Below, in pieces: positions 1-10,880 of a DNA stretch of 64,000 bases. The notes below the pieces were generated by a model. The model was not told where the DNA came from and did not search any database. It worked only from the letters and a program-made list of their open reading frames with translations. A program made the translations under genes and the position numbers. Within the stretch, counting starts at the first letter, position 1. Each line of letters opens with the position of its first letter. The stretch covers positions 128,001-192,000 of the forward strand of contig JBDHKN010000001.1 of the NCBI GenBank assembly GCA_039586365.1, written 5' to 3'. This DNA comes from Gemmatimonadota bacterium. GTDB lineage: Bacteria; Gemmatimonadota; Gemmatimonadetes; Gemmatimonadales; GWC2-71-9.

Positions 1-837
1 GGCGGCCTCCAGCATGGCAGGCACCGTCGCAGCCGTGCTCGACGTGCTGGCTGCAATCAACAACGGGTTTATGACGGCCTTCAGGAAGACCCGGACCGGC
101 ATACCGCCCAGGAACCTGACTGCCGGTAGGAAGACCACCCCGACCAACACCAAGAGCCCCAAGAGAACCGCGAGGATGAAGGCACCAAGGCTCTGCAGCA
201 TCGCCCACCCCGCGCGGGCGGTAACCGGGGCGGCAAGCGCGAACACACCGACCGGTGCGAGCCAGAGAATCCAATGGACCAGTCTAATTAATGCCGCGGT
301 GACCGAACTCCCCAAAGAGAGCAACTGATCGCGCTCTTTGTCGGGAAGGGCACCGGTGGCTGCGGCAAACAGGACGGTGAACACGATGAGTGGTAGCAGG
401 TCTCCTTTGGCGGCTACCTGGAAGGGGTTACTGGGAATGAGCGAGAGCAGGAACTCGATGGGTGCCGGAAGCACGGGTGCCTCCGGTTCAACAACAGCAA
501 CGGCTTGGGCAGCAACCTCACTGGCGAGCGGGAGCATCAGCTGCATGATACCCATACCGATGAGTACTCCAAGCGCGCTGGTAGCCGCGAAGAAGGCCAG
601 TGTGGCCACACCGATCTGTCCCAGTCGTTTCAGATCGCCGAGCGCGCCCACCCCCACGAAGATCACAGCGGCCACCAGAGGAATGACCACCATCTTGAGC
701 AGATTCACGAACGCGGTACCGATGGGCTCAATGCCCACGGCAATGTCCAGGAGGAGCGACGAGCCAGAAAGCGCAGCGACCAACCCCAGTAAGAGGCCGC
801 CAATCAGACCGATGGCGACCGCGACGTAAAGTTTCAT
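1..837 (-). CDS. Dicarboxylate/amino acid:cation symporter (DAACS/SDF family), 3'-truncated by the window edge
   Basis: Not in the ORF track. ATG at 837-835 overlaps the upstream stop (ATGA). Translates MKLYVAVAIGLIGGLLLG...IEPIGTAFVNLLKMVVIPL...LIPSNPFQVAA, a clear paralog of 834-2060. Confidence 0.9.
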   Translation of the reverse strand, partial: MKLYVAVAIGLIGGLLLGLVAALSGSSLLLDIAVGIEPIGTAFVNLLKMVVIPLVAAVIFVGVGALGDLKRLGQIGVATLAFFAATSALGVLIGMGIMQLMLPLASEVAAQAVAVVEPEAPVLPAPIEFLLSLIPSNPFQVAAKGDLLPLIVFTVLFAAATGALPDKERDQLLSLGSSVTAALIRLVHWILWLAPVGVFALAAPVTARAGWAMLQSLGAFILAVLLGLLVLVGVVFLPAVRFLGGMPVRVFLKAVINPLLIAASTSSTAATVPAMLEAA

Positions 838-2060
838 CGCTGCGTCGTGTCTCCCTCGAATCTGTTAACGAGCACAGTAGCGGTCATGGTTCCTGTCACG
901 TTGGTGGCCGTTCGCGCCATGTCCGGAATCCGATCGATGCTCAACAGAACTGCCAGTCCATCGAGCGGAATGCCGATTGTGCTGATGGCGGGAGCCATGC
1001 TCAGCACACTCCCGCCAGGTACGCTGGCCACGGCAAAGGAAACGATGAACGTGGCCAGTATGGCACCTCCTACGCCCGCTGCAGCCAACGGCACTCCGTA
1101 GAGCCACGCCAGGAACACGATACCGGCTCCCTGGAACACGGCGCTACCACCACGTCCGATCCCAGCTCCCAGCGGGATTACGAAACCAGCAACCGCCTTG
1201 GATACCTTCAGTTCGCCTGCGGCCTCCAACATCGCCGGCACTGTGGCCGGTGATGACGTCGCCGCCGCGGCGATGGCCTGGGGGCTAACACACGCGCGCA
1301 TGAAGGATCCCACTCCCCGCCTAGCGAGGAACCTCACGGTGGGCAAATAGAGGACTCCGATGTACAGAGTAAGGGCCAGGAGCACGGCAAGCACGAACGT
1401 GATCAGACTCTGCAGCACGGCCCAGCCTGCGCGGGCTGTCACCGGCGCGGCGAGGGCGAATACCCCTACCGGTGCTATCCACAGAATCCAGTGAACGAGC
1501 TTGATGAGTGCAGCTGCCACGGCCTGCGCCAAGTTGAAGAGCCGGTCCCGTTCCGCATCTGGAAGAGCCCCTGCTGCCGCAGCGACCAAGACCGTGAAGA
1601 CAATCAACGGTAGCAGTGCGCCTTCCGCCGCCACCTGGAACGGGTTGCTGGGGATTAGGTCCAAGAGGAATTGGATCGGTTGGAGGGAGGTAGATGCCTC
1701 TACCGAGGCAGCTGTGACGGCTTGAGTCGCAGCTTCGCTGGCCCAGGGGAGCATTACGCGCATGATCCCCATGCCCATGAGCACGCCGACGATGGCCGCA
1801 GTAGCAAAGAAGCCCATCGTGATAGCCCCCATTCGGCCCAGGCGCCGGAGGTCACCGAGAGAGGATACACCTACGAACACCACAGATGCAATGAGTGGGA
1901 GGACGACCATCTTCAGCAGATTGACGAACGCATCACCGATTGGCTCGACACCTACCGCGATCCACATTAGAACCGGTGAATTCGTTATCGCGGCCGCGAG
2001 CCCCAAGGCGAGGCCTCCAATCAGGCCCAGCGCAATCGCGAAATGGAGTCTCAGCGGCAC
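834..2060 (-). CDS. Dicarboxylate/amino acid:cation symporter (DAACS/SDF family)
   Basis: FVNLLKMVVLPL, IPSNPF, TSS-type HP1 loop and DRIPDMARTATNVTG motifs. Confidence 0.92.
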   Translation of the reverse strand: MPLRLHFAIALGLIGGLALGLAAAITNSPVLMWIAVGVEPIGDAFVNLLKMVVLPLIASVVFVGVSSLGDLRRLGRMGAITMGFFATAAIVGVLMGMGIMRVMLPWASEAATQAVTAASVEASTSLQPIQFLLDLIPSNPFQVAAEGALLPLIVFTVLVAAAAGALPDAERDRLFNLAQAVAAALIKLVHWILWIAPVGVFALAAPVTARAGWAVLQSLITFVLAVLLALTLYIGVLYLPTVRFLARRGVGSFMRACVSPQAIAAAATSSPATVPAMLEAAGELKVSKAVAGFVIPLGAGIGRGGSAVFQGAGIVFLAWLYGVPLAAAGVGGAILATFIVSFAVASVPGGSVLSMAPAISTIGIPLDGLAVLLSIDRIPDMARTATNVTGTMTATVLVNRFEGDTTQR

Positions 2061-2122
2061 GTTCGCCTCCTCACCTCAAGGGGAAAGTATCTGAACAATC
2101 GTACCACGGATGGCTCCAGGGG

Positions 2123-3286
<1,164 letters not shown>

Positions 3287-3478
3287 ACCATGGCATCCCC
3301 GGTCGGGTTGAAAACGTACACGCGGTCAAAGGTGTTCACCGGCTCCGCAACATAACGCGTTGCATCGGTTCCGGCTGCCCCTTTCAGGCGAACGGACATT
3401 CCTTCGTTCCTTACCGGACTCCGTTGGCAAAACCGCACTTTTCTACTATTTTCGGGCCCTTGCTGACCGGAGGTAGTA

Positions 3479-4276
3479 TTGAGACACGCGCAGACCGTTA
3501 CACCACGCTGGGCGCTCATATTGGGTGCGTCGAGCGGTTTCGGAGAGGCCACTGCCAAACACTTGGCCAGGGCCGGCTATCACATTGCAGGCGTTCACCT
3601 CGATCGCAGCTCGACTATGCCGCATGTGGAGGATGTCATCGCCGAAATCGAGGCGACAGGACATCGGGCGATGTTCTTCAACGTCAATGCGGCTCACGAA
3701 GGTAACCGGATTGAGGTACTTGAGTCTCTAGCAGCCGACATCGACGAGAATGGCGGTACAGTTGCGGTCCTCATGCACTCGCTTGCTTTTGGCACTCTCA
3801 AGCCTTTCATCTCACCCGATGCCCTGAGCAAGAGAAACATGGACATGACGCTTGACGTGATGGCGCACTCGCTGGTCTATTGGGCGCAAGGCTTGGTTGA
3901 GAGGGGACTCATGGGCAAGGGCGGACGCATTTTCTCAATGACTTCTTCGGGCTCGAATCGGGTGATTCACTCATACGGTGCGGTTTCAGCAGCTAAGTGT
4001 GCTCTTGAATCACACACCCGTCAGTTGGCGGTGGAGCTGGCGTCGCGTGAGATCACCGTCAATGCACTGCGCGGTGGTGTGACGAGAACACCAGCTGCCG
4101 AGAAGATTCCTGAAAGCGATCAGCTCTTCGTTGAAGCGGTGCGACGGAATCCTCACAAGCGGCTCACAACTCCAGATGATGTGGCTCGGGCGGTGATGGC
4201 CTTGTCAAAGCCGGGCACCGATTGGATCACTGGAAACGTGATCAACGTCGATGGAGGTGAGGACGTGATGGGGTAG
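3479..4276 (+). CDS. SDR family oxidoreductase (FabL-like enoyl-ACP reductase)
   Basis: GASSGFG nucleotide-binding loop, YxxxxxxK (YGAVSAAK), WITGNVINVDGG; GGAGG RBS. Confidence 0.8.
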   Translation: MRHAQTVTPRWALILGASSGFGEATAKHLARAGYHIAGVHLDRSSTMPHVEDVIAEIEATGHRAMFFNVNAAHEGNRIEVLESLAADIDENGGTVAVLMHSLAFGTLKPFISPDALSKRNMDMTLDVMAHSLVYWAQGLVERGLMGKGGRIFSMTSSGSNRVIHSYGAVSAAKCALESHTRQLAVELASREITVNALRGGVTRTPAAEKIPESDQLFVEAVRRNPHKRLTTPDDVARAVMALSKPGTDWITGNVINVDGGEDVMG

Positions 4277-4285
4277 TGCGCACGA

Positions 4286-4858
4286 TCAGTCCCGCTTGTC
4301 TCTCAGCGCCGCCAGTTCTTCTTCTAGCTGTGACAACCGCGCGACCACCATATTCTCACCTGGTTCCGAGGCGTCCAGGACGATTCCGCGCTTGTTGAGT
4401 AGCGTCTCGACAAGCACGTCGGTGTACCCGACAACTGAGTATGATATCCCGCGATCTAGCAAACGGTTCAACCGTAGCACGGTGGCCAGGGATTGTCTGG
4501 CAGGAAGAGCTGCGATGATCTCAGAGATATCACGTATCAGCAGTTCTCTGAGGTGTTGGATCTCTTCCACCACCTCTCCGGCCGCCAATCCCCGAGCTGC
4601 CGCAGCCCGACCGTACGCATCGCAAGCGTTGAACCACAGTTCGGCCACGTGGCGCCGCAGAGGGCTAGCCATCTCGATCATGATATCTACGAGTAGTGCA
4701 AGCTGGCGATCAATCGTAGATCGATCGAGGAGCGGAGCATGGTTGCCGCGACCGAATATCCAGTCTCCCCACTGGCGAATCAATCTGTCTCGGCTGGAAA
4801 CCAGAGAGCGGCCAACCGCGGCTAGGGCCGGGCTGGAGGGACGCGCTGTGAGACCCAT
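4286..4858 (-). CDS. Hypothetical all-helical protein (RsbRD-N/globin-sensor-like)
   Basis: Fills the gap between genes; helical pattern YGRAAAARGLAAGEVVEEIQHLRELL. Confidence 0.6.
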   Translation of the reverse strand: MGLTARPSSPALAAVGRSLVSSRDRLIRQWGDWIFGRGNHAPLLDRSTIDRQLALLVDIMIEMASPLRRHVAELWFNACDAYGRAAAARGLAAGEVVEEIQHLRELLIRDISEIIAALPARQSLATVLRLNRLLDRGISYSVVGYTDVLVETLLNKRGIVLDASEPGENMVVARLSQLEEELAALRDKRD

Positions 4859-4927
4859 CCTGCGTTCCCTGCGAGGTGAATTAGGTGCACAATTTACTCG
4901 GGCGGCTCCTGCACGTCAAAAGGCTCC

Positions 4928-5776
4928 ATGTCCACTGTAGCGAAGCAGCCTTTTGAACTCCGCGGAGCCGATGGGGGACCGCTGCGCGGAGAAGTGCGAA
5001 CCGCGGGTAGTGGGAGTGATCGGCCTGCCGTCATCATCTGTCACGGTTTCAAGGGCTTCAAAGAGTGGGGTTTCTTCCCCCACTTAGCGGATCGTCTGGC
5101 CAGGGCTGGCCTGACGGTGATTTCGTTCAATTTCAGTGGTAGTGGCGTGGGCCCGGATGGCGAGAGATTCTCGGAGCCCGAGCGGTTCGGCCATGCTACG
5201 CTGTCCAACGACCTGAGCGACCTGCAGCTCGTGGTGGCTGCGTTGCAAGAGGGTGCGCTCAGTGATGGTCTGGCGAAGCAAGACGGCTACGGGCTGTTCG
5301 GTCACAGCCGGGGTGGTGGAACCACCATCATACACGCAGCCAGCACGGATTCCGTAAAAGCCATGGTAACGTGGGCTGCGATCGCGACCCCGCTGCGGTG
5401 GGATGACGCAACGGTTACTCGCTGGCGGAGCGAAGGGAGAATTGACGTAGTCAATCAGCGCACCGGAGACGTGTTGCCGCTTTACACCGACTTCTTGGAC
5501 GACCTTTCTGCGAGGGGCCACGAACTTGATATTGCGCGAGCTGCCGCGCGGGTCAGAGGCAAGTGGTTGATCGTACATGGTGCTGAAGACGAGGCAGTCC
5601 CATATGGCGATGCCATGAAGCTTCACGCCGCGGCGCAGCCCACAGTTTCACAGCTGACAGTGATCCCCGGAGCAGGTCATACATTCGGAGCACGCCATCC
5701 ATGGACCGGCTGTACGACGGAACTCGATGCGGCATTTGAGGCCACCGTCGGCTGGTTCTCCGACAACCTTCTGTGA
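4928..5776 (+). CDS. Alpha/beta hydrolase
   Basis: HGFKG, GHSRGG nucleophile elbow, HGAEDEAV, GAGHTF. Confidence 0.9.
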   Translation: MSTVAKQPFELRGADGGPLRGEVRTAGSGSDRPAVIICHGFKGFKEWGFFPHLADRLARAGLTVISFNFSGSGVGPDGERFSEPERFGHATLSNDLSDLQLVVAALQEGALSDGLAKQDGYGLFGHSRGGGTTIIHAASTDSVKAMVTWAAIATPLRWDDATVTRWRSEGRIDVVNQRTGDVLPLYTDFLDDLSARGHELDIARAAARVRGKWLIVHGAEDEAVPYGDAMKLHAAAQPTVSQLTVIPGAGHTFGARHPWTGCTTELDAAFEATVGWFSDNLL

Positions 5777-5780
5777 CTCA

Positions 5781-5812
5781 CAAAACAAACGGGGGCTCCG
5801 AGAGGAGCCCCC
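5781..5812 (-). terminator. Rho-independent terminator
   Basis: Perfect 9-bp stem GGGGGCTCC/GGAGCCCCC followed on the minus strand by GTTTGTTTTG. Confidence 0.75.
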
Positions 5813-5821
5813 AGGGGCCAA

Positions 5822-6007
5822 CTAGAGCCCGGCCGCGTATAGCCGGTCTAGCCTACGTCGCTCCCGCGCAGATCTGCCTTGCGCAGAGGGTTGTCGACGG
5901 CGGTGCAGAAGGAAACCCGCCGCAGCGAACGTAGCGAGCGCGAGAAGTCCGACACCGAAGCTTCGAATAATCGCCTCCCAGTTGTGGTGAACCGTCGCTG
6001 CAACCAC
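5822..6007 (-). CDS. Small single-TM membrane protein
   Basis: One hydrophobic helix plus a basic tail; followed directly by a terminator on the same strand. Confidence 0.55.
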   Translation of the reverse strand: MVAATVHHNWEAIIRSFGVGLLALATFAAAGFLLHRRRQPSAQGRSARERRRLDRLYAAGL

Positions 6008-6117
6008 CCCGTCAGTCCCATCTCAATATAGTGATGGCCGCAAGTGGCATGTCACGTTGTGGTATCGTGTGTGTATCTATAAGTACGGTTGTGCACCTCG
6101 TTGTCTCCACAAGGGAG

Positions 6118-6702
6118 ATGCGCTCGACTTTGACGAGCCCAACATTCAATCACATCCGCAATCATCTGCGAAGTCGGCAGCCACGGCGGATAGTGGAATC
6201 CAATACCGTTGAGGCCGCCGTCGCCATAGTCCTCGCCGCCGGTAAGACTGGCGGCACGGCTGTGCTGTTGATCAGGCGCGCTGAGAACGAGCGCGATCCG
6301 TGGTCTGGACAAATGGCACTTCCAGGCGGACGTCGAGCGCCCGATGACATAAACCTTCTGCAGACTTCATGCCGTGAGACATATGAGGAGACTGGCGTTG
6401 TCTTGCCGGAAAAAACGCTGCTTGGTGAGCTAGACGACCTCCACCCGAGAACGCCTGTCCTTCCGCCGATAGTGGTCCGACCATTCGTGTTCGGTCTGAC
6501 TGAGCGACCAGCTGTGCGGACGAATGAGGAAGCTACGCTGCACCTCTGGACATCTCTTGAATCTCTCAGAGCCGGGGCGACCACCTCTCGAGTAGAGATA
6601 AGGGGCCATTGGTTGGAGGTCCCATCCTATGTGGTCGGTAGCCATGTTATCTGGGGAATTACTGAGCGTATTCTAAAGCCAATCATAGACTTAGCTGCCT
6701 GA
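6118..6702 (+). CDS. Nudix hydrolase, CoA pyrophosphatase (NudL-like)
   Basis: EAAVAIVL, DPWSGQMALPGG, RETYEETG Nudix box, IWGITERIL; start position uncertain. Confidence 0.88.
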   Translation: MRSTLTSPTFNHIRNHLRSRQPRRIVESNTVEAAVAIVLAAGKTGGTAVLLIRRAENERDPWSGQMALPGGRRAPDDINLLQTSCRETYEETGVVLPEKTLLGELDDLHPRTPVLPPIVVRPFVFGLTERPAVRTNEEATLHLWTSLESLRAGATTSRVEIRGHWLEVPSYVVGSHVIWGITERILKPIIDLAA

Positions 6703-6744
6703 TCCCGAGCTGGTGTCTTGCCCTTGGGCGCGGCTGGCCTGATG

Positions 6745-6760
6745 TTTAGGCAAGCTTAAA
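6745..6760 (+). promoter_or_regulatory. Putative DtxR/MntR-family operator
   Basis: Near-palindrome TTTAGG-CAAG-CTTAAA 18 nt upstream of the DtxR-family gene. Confidence 0.65.
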
Positions 6761-6778
6761 TCTTGGCTGGAGTGTGCC

Positions 6779-7474
6779 GTGGCTGTGCGCAAGAAAGACC
6801 TGACCAGGTCGATAGAGGACTATCTCAAGGCGATCTACGAGCTTGAGCAAGATGGAATGCCAGCTCAGACCAACGCAATTGCCACGGCACTTGACGTGGC
6901 GCCGCCTTCGGTGAGTGGCATGGTGAGACGCCTATCGGAGGCTGGTTTGCTGCAGCACGCCCCGTACAGAGGAGTGCAGTTGACTAGGGACGGACGGAAT
7001 GCTGCGCTCAACATGATCCGCCGTCACCGAATCGTAGAGACCTATCTCACCTCCAAGCTGGGCTACGATTGGGACTCGGTGCACGAAGAAGCTGAGCGGC
7101 TGGAACATGCGGTTTCGGACGAGTTAATAGAGCGAATGGCCATGGCGCTGGGGAATCCGCGATTCGATCCGCATGGGGCTCCGATACCCACAAGGGACGG
7201 GGCTGTGGAAACGCTTCAATATGTGCAGCTATCGGACGTAGCCGTTGGCGATGTAGCAGAACTGCGGCTGGTGAGCGACAAGGATCCGGAGCGGCTCCGT
7301 TTCGTCGCATCCCTGGGGCTCAAGCCGGGAGTAATGTTTGAGGTGCTTGCGCGGCAACCGTTCCGCGGACCCACAACGATTCGGATTGTCGGGCCGTCTT
7401 CCAAGGAGCAAGTGATCGGGCACGAGTTGGCCGGCTCGTTGCGGTGCTCGGTTGTGGAGCGGGTCGTGGGCTGA
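6779..7474 (+). CDS. mntR: DtxR/MntR family metal-dependent repressor with FeoA-like C-terminal domain
   Basis: EDYLKAIY, RRHRIVETYL, VHEEAERLEHAVS, DPHGAPIP. Confidence 0.9.
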   Translation: MAVRKKDLTRSIEDYLKAIYELEQDGMPAQTNAIATALDVAPPSVSGMVRRLSEAGLLQHAPYRGVQLTRDGRNAALNMIRRHRIVETYLTSKLGYDWDSVHEEAERLEHAVSDELIERMAMALGNPRFDPHGAPIPTRDGAVETLQYVQLSDVAVGDVAELRLVSDKDPERLRFVASLGLKPGVMFEVLARQPFRGPTTIRIVGPSSKEQVIGHELAGSLRCSVVERVVG

Positions 7475-7482
7475 GCAAGCCG

Positions 7483-8475
7483 CTACGTCTCTGCTGCCTC
7501 GCCCAGACTCTGACGGCGGGTCGCCATCGTGCGTCTGGTCTGTTCAAGACCTCGCAATATCGCCGCGAGCCTCCGGTCTCGGAGGGGGCGAATCTTCTCG
7601 AGGTTGTCCTTGTAGCTCCTCTCTATCGCGTGTATCAGCTTGGTGCGTTGCTCCGGTTCCAGGCTGGACCAAGTCGCGAGATCGGCCCATGTGTTCTCAA
7701 ACATGTGGATCAGGTTCTGGAGGAATCCGTCAACGCCTCTCTGTCCAGCGGCGAGGTGGTATGAGAGGTGGGGTCCGGCGGCCGCCCAACCCAAGGCCGG
7801 ACCCAGGGACACCGCTCGGTCGAGGTCCTCGACACCAATAACGTCGTTGAGCACCAGGTCGATGGCCTCTCGCCATACGGCAGCCGCGATACGGCCTGCC
7901 ACATTCCCAGGAACCTGCTTGTTGAGTGTCACCGGGATCCTACCGAGTGCCCGCAACCAAGCCTTGAGAAGCTCTACCAGCGCTTTGTCAGTGTGAGGGC
8001 TCGGTGCCAACTCAACCACAGGCACGAGCTCAACGGGAGTCAGTGGATGTGCCACGAGGCAGCGATCCTGGCGTACACAACGGCCAGCTATGTCCTTGGC
8101 AGCGTAACCACTGGAGGAGCTGGTAACGATTCGAGCTTTGCCGGCTACCGACTCTATCCCTTCGAACGTCTTCTGTTTGGTCAACAGATCTTCTCGCACG
8201 GCCTCGATTATCCAGTCCGCATCGCCACACGCCTGTAACAGGCTGCGACCGACCTTGACGGAGGCGAGACCCTCGTCCACTTCCTCGGCTGTCGCCTGAG
8301 CGAGTGCAACCAGTGAGCGCGCACGGGTCGCGATCTCGTCGGGTGCCTCACGGAGTGCCTGTGCTTCAGTGTCGTAAATCGCTACGGGCCAGCCACTAGC
8401 CGCGCACAGGGCCGCCCACCCACGACCGATCTCACCCATACCTACGACGGCGACCCGCACCTGTCCCCCGGACAT
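7483..8475 (-). CDS. 3-hydroxyacyl-CoA dehydrogenase family protein (carnitine/L-gulonate dehydrogenase-like)
   Basis: GMGEIGRGWA Rossmann loop, IEAVRE, SSSSG, VAHPL, GPALGWA. Confidence 0.85.
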   Translation of the reverse strand: MSGGQVRVAVVGMGEIGRGWAALCAASGWPVAIYDTEAQALREAPDEIATRARSLVALAQATAEEVDEGLASVKVGRSLLQACGDADWIIEAVREDLLTKQKTFEGIESVAGKARIVTSSSSGYAAKDIAGRCVRQDRCLVAHPLTPVELVPVVELAPSPHTDKALVELLKAWLRALGRIPVTLNKQVPGNVAGRIAAAVWREAIDLVLNDVIGVEDLDRAVSLGPALGWAAAGPHLSYHLAAGQRGVDGFLQNLIHMFENTWADLATWSSLEPEQRTKLIHAIERSYKDNLEKIRPLRDRRLAAILRGLEQTRRTMATRRQSLGEAAET

Positions 8476-8485
8476 TCAGCTCCTC

Positions 8486-9454
8486 CTATCTCTTCTGAGC
8501 GGACCAACCATCTCCGAACAGAGCGTCGAGTGTACCTCTCAGCAGATTCACATCCACGTCGCTGGCAACTCGAGTTGAGGTGCCAGTCGGCTGTGCCCTC
8601 GTATGCCCCCGGTGCTCTCCCTCGTCAAGGTCGACCGACATCAACAGCGTATCCCATGTGAGCAGTCCCGGAGCGATCAGCTCACCAACCGGTAGTATGT
8701 CGTTCAGCACACAACCGTCCAATCGCGCCCGACATCGATAGACTTCCACATAGAACTGCAGAGCCTTGCCGAGCCAGTTGATCAGTGTGTTCTGACTCGT
8801 CGTGAGCCCCCAAACCTCGGCAGCTGACAGGGTCATTCGCCGAGTCACATCGAGTCCGACCATCAATGTATTGAGCCCGGCGCGCAATACGAGATCGGTC
8901 GCCTCAGGATCGCACCAAGCGTTGAAGTCAGCCCAGCGGTTCGCGTTGCCCCGCTCTCCTACAGTGCCGAACGTACCAATGTGTTGCACGACCCGTGCTT
9001 TCACCAGTGGGGTGTCGGTTTCGAGCGCGTGGGCCAGGTTTGTCAGGGGGCCCAGCGTCACGAGAGTGAGGGGACAGCTTACCGCAGAGAGAACGTCTAT
9101 CAAGACCAGAGAGTTCTGCTGTACATCGTTGGGCGTGCTATCGGGGACAAGTGCGTGTCCAACGCCCGTCTCCCCGTGAGTCTCCGGTGCAGTAACCAGG
9201 GGCCTTTTAAGAGGACTAGCCGAGCCAGGTAGGACAGTGACGTCGCTGCGGCCGGCCAGCCTCAACACCTCCACGGCATTCCGGCTGGTCATGTGTAGCG
9301 GAGCGTTGCCGTATGACGTTGTTACAGCTAGGACGTCGAGCTTGGCTGAGCGAGCTGCGAGCGCGAGAGCGACCACATCGTCGATGCCGGGATCCGTGTC
9401 GATCACTATGGGATGGCGCTCGGGATCAGAGCTGACAACCACTTCCTGATACAC
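8486..9454 (-). CDS. Inosine/uridine-preferring nucleoside hydrolase
   Basis: IDTDPGIDD, HGETG, LGPLTNLA, FNAWCDPEA, VGLDVT. Confidence 0.9.
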   Translation of the reverse strand: MYQEVVVSSDPERHPIVIDTDPGIDDVVALALAARSAKLDVLAVTTSYGNAPLHMTSRNAVEVLRLAGRSDVTVLPGSASPLKRPLVTAPETHGETGVGHALVPDSTPNDVQQNSLVLIDVLSAVSCPLTLVTLGPLTNLAHALETDTPLVKARVVQHIGTFGTVGERGNANRWADFNAWCDPEATDLVLRAGLNTLMVGLDVTRRMTLSAAEVWGLTTSQNTLINWLGKALQFYVEVYRCRARLDGCVLNDILPVGELIAPGLLTWDTLLMSVDLDEGEHRGHTRAQPTGTSTRVASDVDVNLLRGTLDALFGDGWSAQKR

Positions 9455-9593
9455 TGAGACTCCTTATCTGGCTCCGAGACCACCAACAACAGCTGCTCGG
9501 TCTGCACCATGCTGGTCGACTATCTCGGTCCGATCGGCTGACTCCAACGGTGTCCTGATACTGGCGTGTTGCCCCATGAGGACCTAAGCTTGG

Positions 9594-10022
9594 ATGCGAG
9601 ATCAACGGAGTGACTTTGTTGCCGTGACCGCCAACTGGTCCACAGAATCGAAGGAGCTGGTCGAAGGGTACGGCTCGCTCATCCAGCGATTCGGCGAGAG
9701 CTGGGAGTGTGGTGAGGGAGAGGAGATAGCAGACCTCTTTGTGGAGGACGGTGTCTTCGTGCCCGGACCCTTCGATCCCCCCCTCCGCGGTAGAGAGGCG
9801 ATCCGCGAATACTGGAAGGACATATCCCTAGAGCAAGCGGAAATATCGTTTCGGTTTGGCGAGATCTACCTGGCTGGCCCATGGTTCGCCACGGAGATTA
9901 GGTGTACCTTCCGCCGCCGCCGGAAAGGCGAGATGGTCGACATACGCGGCGCGCTTTTCTGCGAAACCCGCGACGGGAAGATAGCCGAGATGCGTCTGTA
10001 CTGGCACCGCACTACGCGATAG
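9594..10022 (+). CDS. NTF2/SnoaL-like domain protein
   Basis: LFVEDGVF, GREAIREYW, DGKIAEMRLYW; start uncertain. Confidence 0.75.
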   Translation: MRDQRSDFVAVTANWSTESKELVEGYGSLIQRFGESWECGEGEEIADLFVEDGVFVPGPFDPPLRGREAIREYWKDISLEQAEISFRFGEIYLAGPWFATEIRCTFRRRRKGEMVDIRGALFCETRDGKIAEMRLYWHRTTR

Positions 10023-10036
10023 GCGATCCGTTTACA

Positions 10037-10849
10037 ATGACCGAGATTCTGCTGGGATGCCAGGATTGGAGGCACTCAGAATGGGTTGGCTCGTTCTATC
10101 CGAGTGATATGAGAGACCCTGACATGCTGCGCTGGTATGCGGCCGGATTCAACACGGTCGAGGTGAGTGATACGTTTAGAGGAATCCCACCTGAGCCACT
10201 GGTCCGTGAGTGGCGAGACGCGGTACCAGGGGGCTTCGTCTTTGCTTTAAAGGTGCCTCGACAGGTTACCCACGAGCGGCGCTTCGTGGGTGCTGATGAG
10301 ATCCTGCGGCGGTTCCTGGATCGCGTAGCCATACTCGGTGATTGTCTGGGCCCGTTGTTGCTCACGATCAGCCCCGGCTTCACTGCCACCGACGAGGCTC
10401 GAGCAGCTGTCATCAGCTTCGTTTCGTCACTTCCGGAGAGCTTCAAATGGGCAGTTGAGTTCCGTCATGCCGACTGGCTCAAGAGTGACATGGTGGAGGC
10501 GTTGTCTGCACGCCGCGTGGCGACCGCGCTTGTGGAGGGACGCTGGATTCGTCGATCCCGTATGTTGGAATTGGCTCGTGCACCCACGGCAGACTTCGCC
10601 TATGTGCGCTGGAGTGACCCACCGCGGGGTTCCATGGCACGGGCAGAAAATGTGGTGAATCACGACGAGGTTTGGTCTAGCTGGACTGAGATTCTGCGAC
10701 GGGTAGGTGCATTGGTAGGGACCATATACGGGTACTTTGGCAATCGGTTCAGTGGAAACGCCCCACACGACGTTAAGGATTTCTACCGTTCGACATACGG
10801 CGCGGGCGGAGAAATCCAGAACTGGAGACACTGTGCCGATACCGATTAG
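10037..10849 (+). CDS. DUF72 family protein
   Basis: GCQDWRHSEWVGSFYP, FNTVEV, FALKVPRQVTH, AVEFRH; ATG at 10037. Confidence 0.88.
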   Translation: MTEILLGCQDWRHSEWVGSFYPSDMRDPDMLRWYAAGFNTVEVSDTFRGIPPEPLVREWRDAVPGGFVFALKVPRQVTHERRFVGADEILRRFLDRVAILGDCLGPLLLTISPGFTATDEARAAVISFVSSLPESFKWAVEFRHADWLKSDMVEALSARRVATALVEGRWIRRSRMLELARAPTADFAYVRWSDPPRGSMARAENVVNHDEVWSSWTEILRRVGALVGTIYGYFGNRFSGNAPHDVKDFYRSTYGAGGEIQNWRHCADTD

Positions 10850-10880
10850 GTAGAGAAGTCGGGCAGAGGAGGGTCCACCA

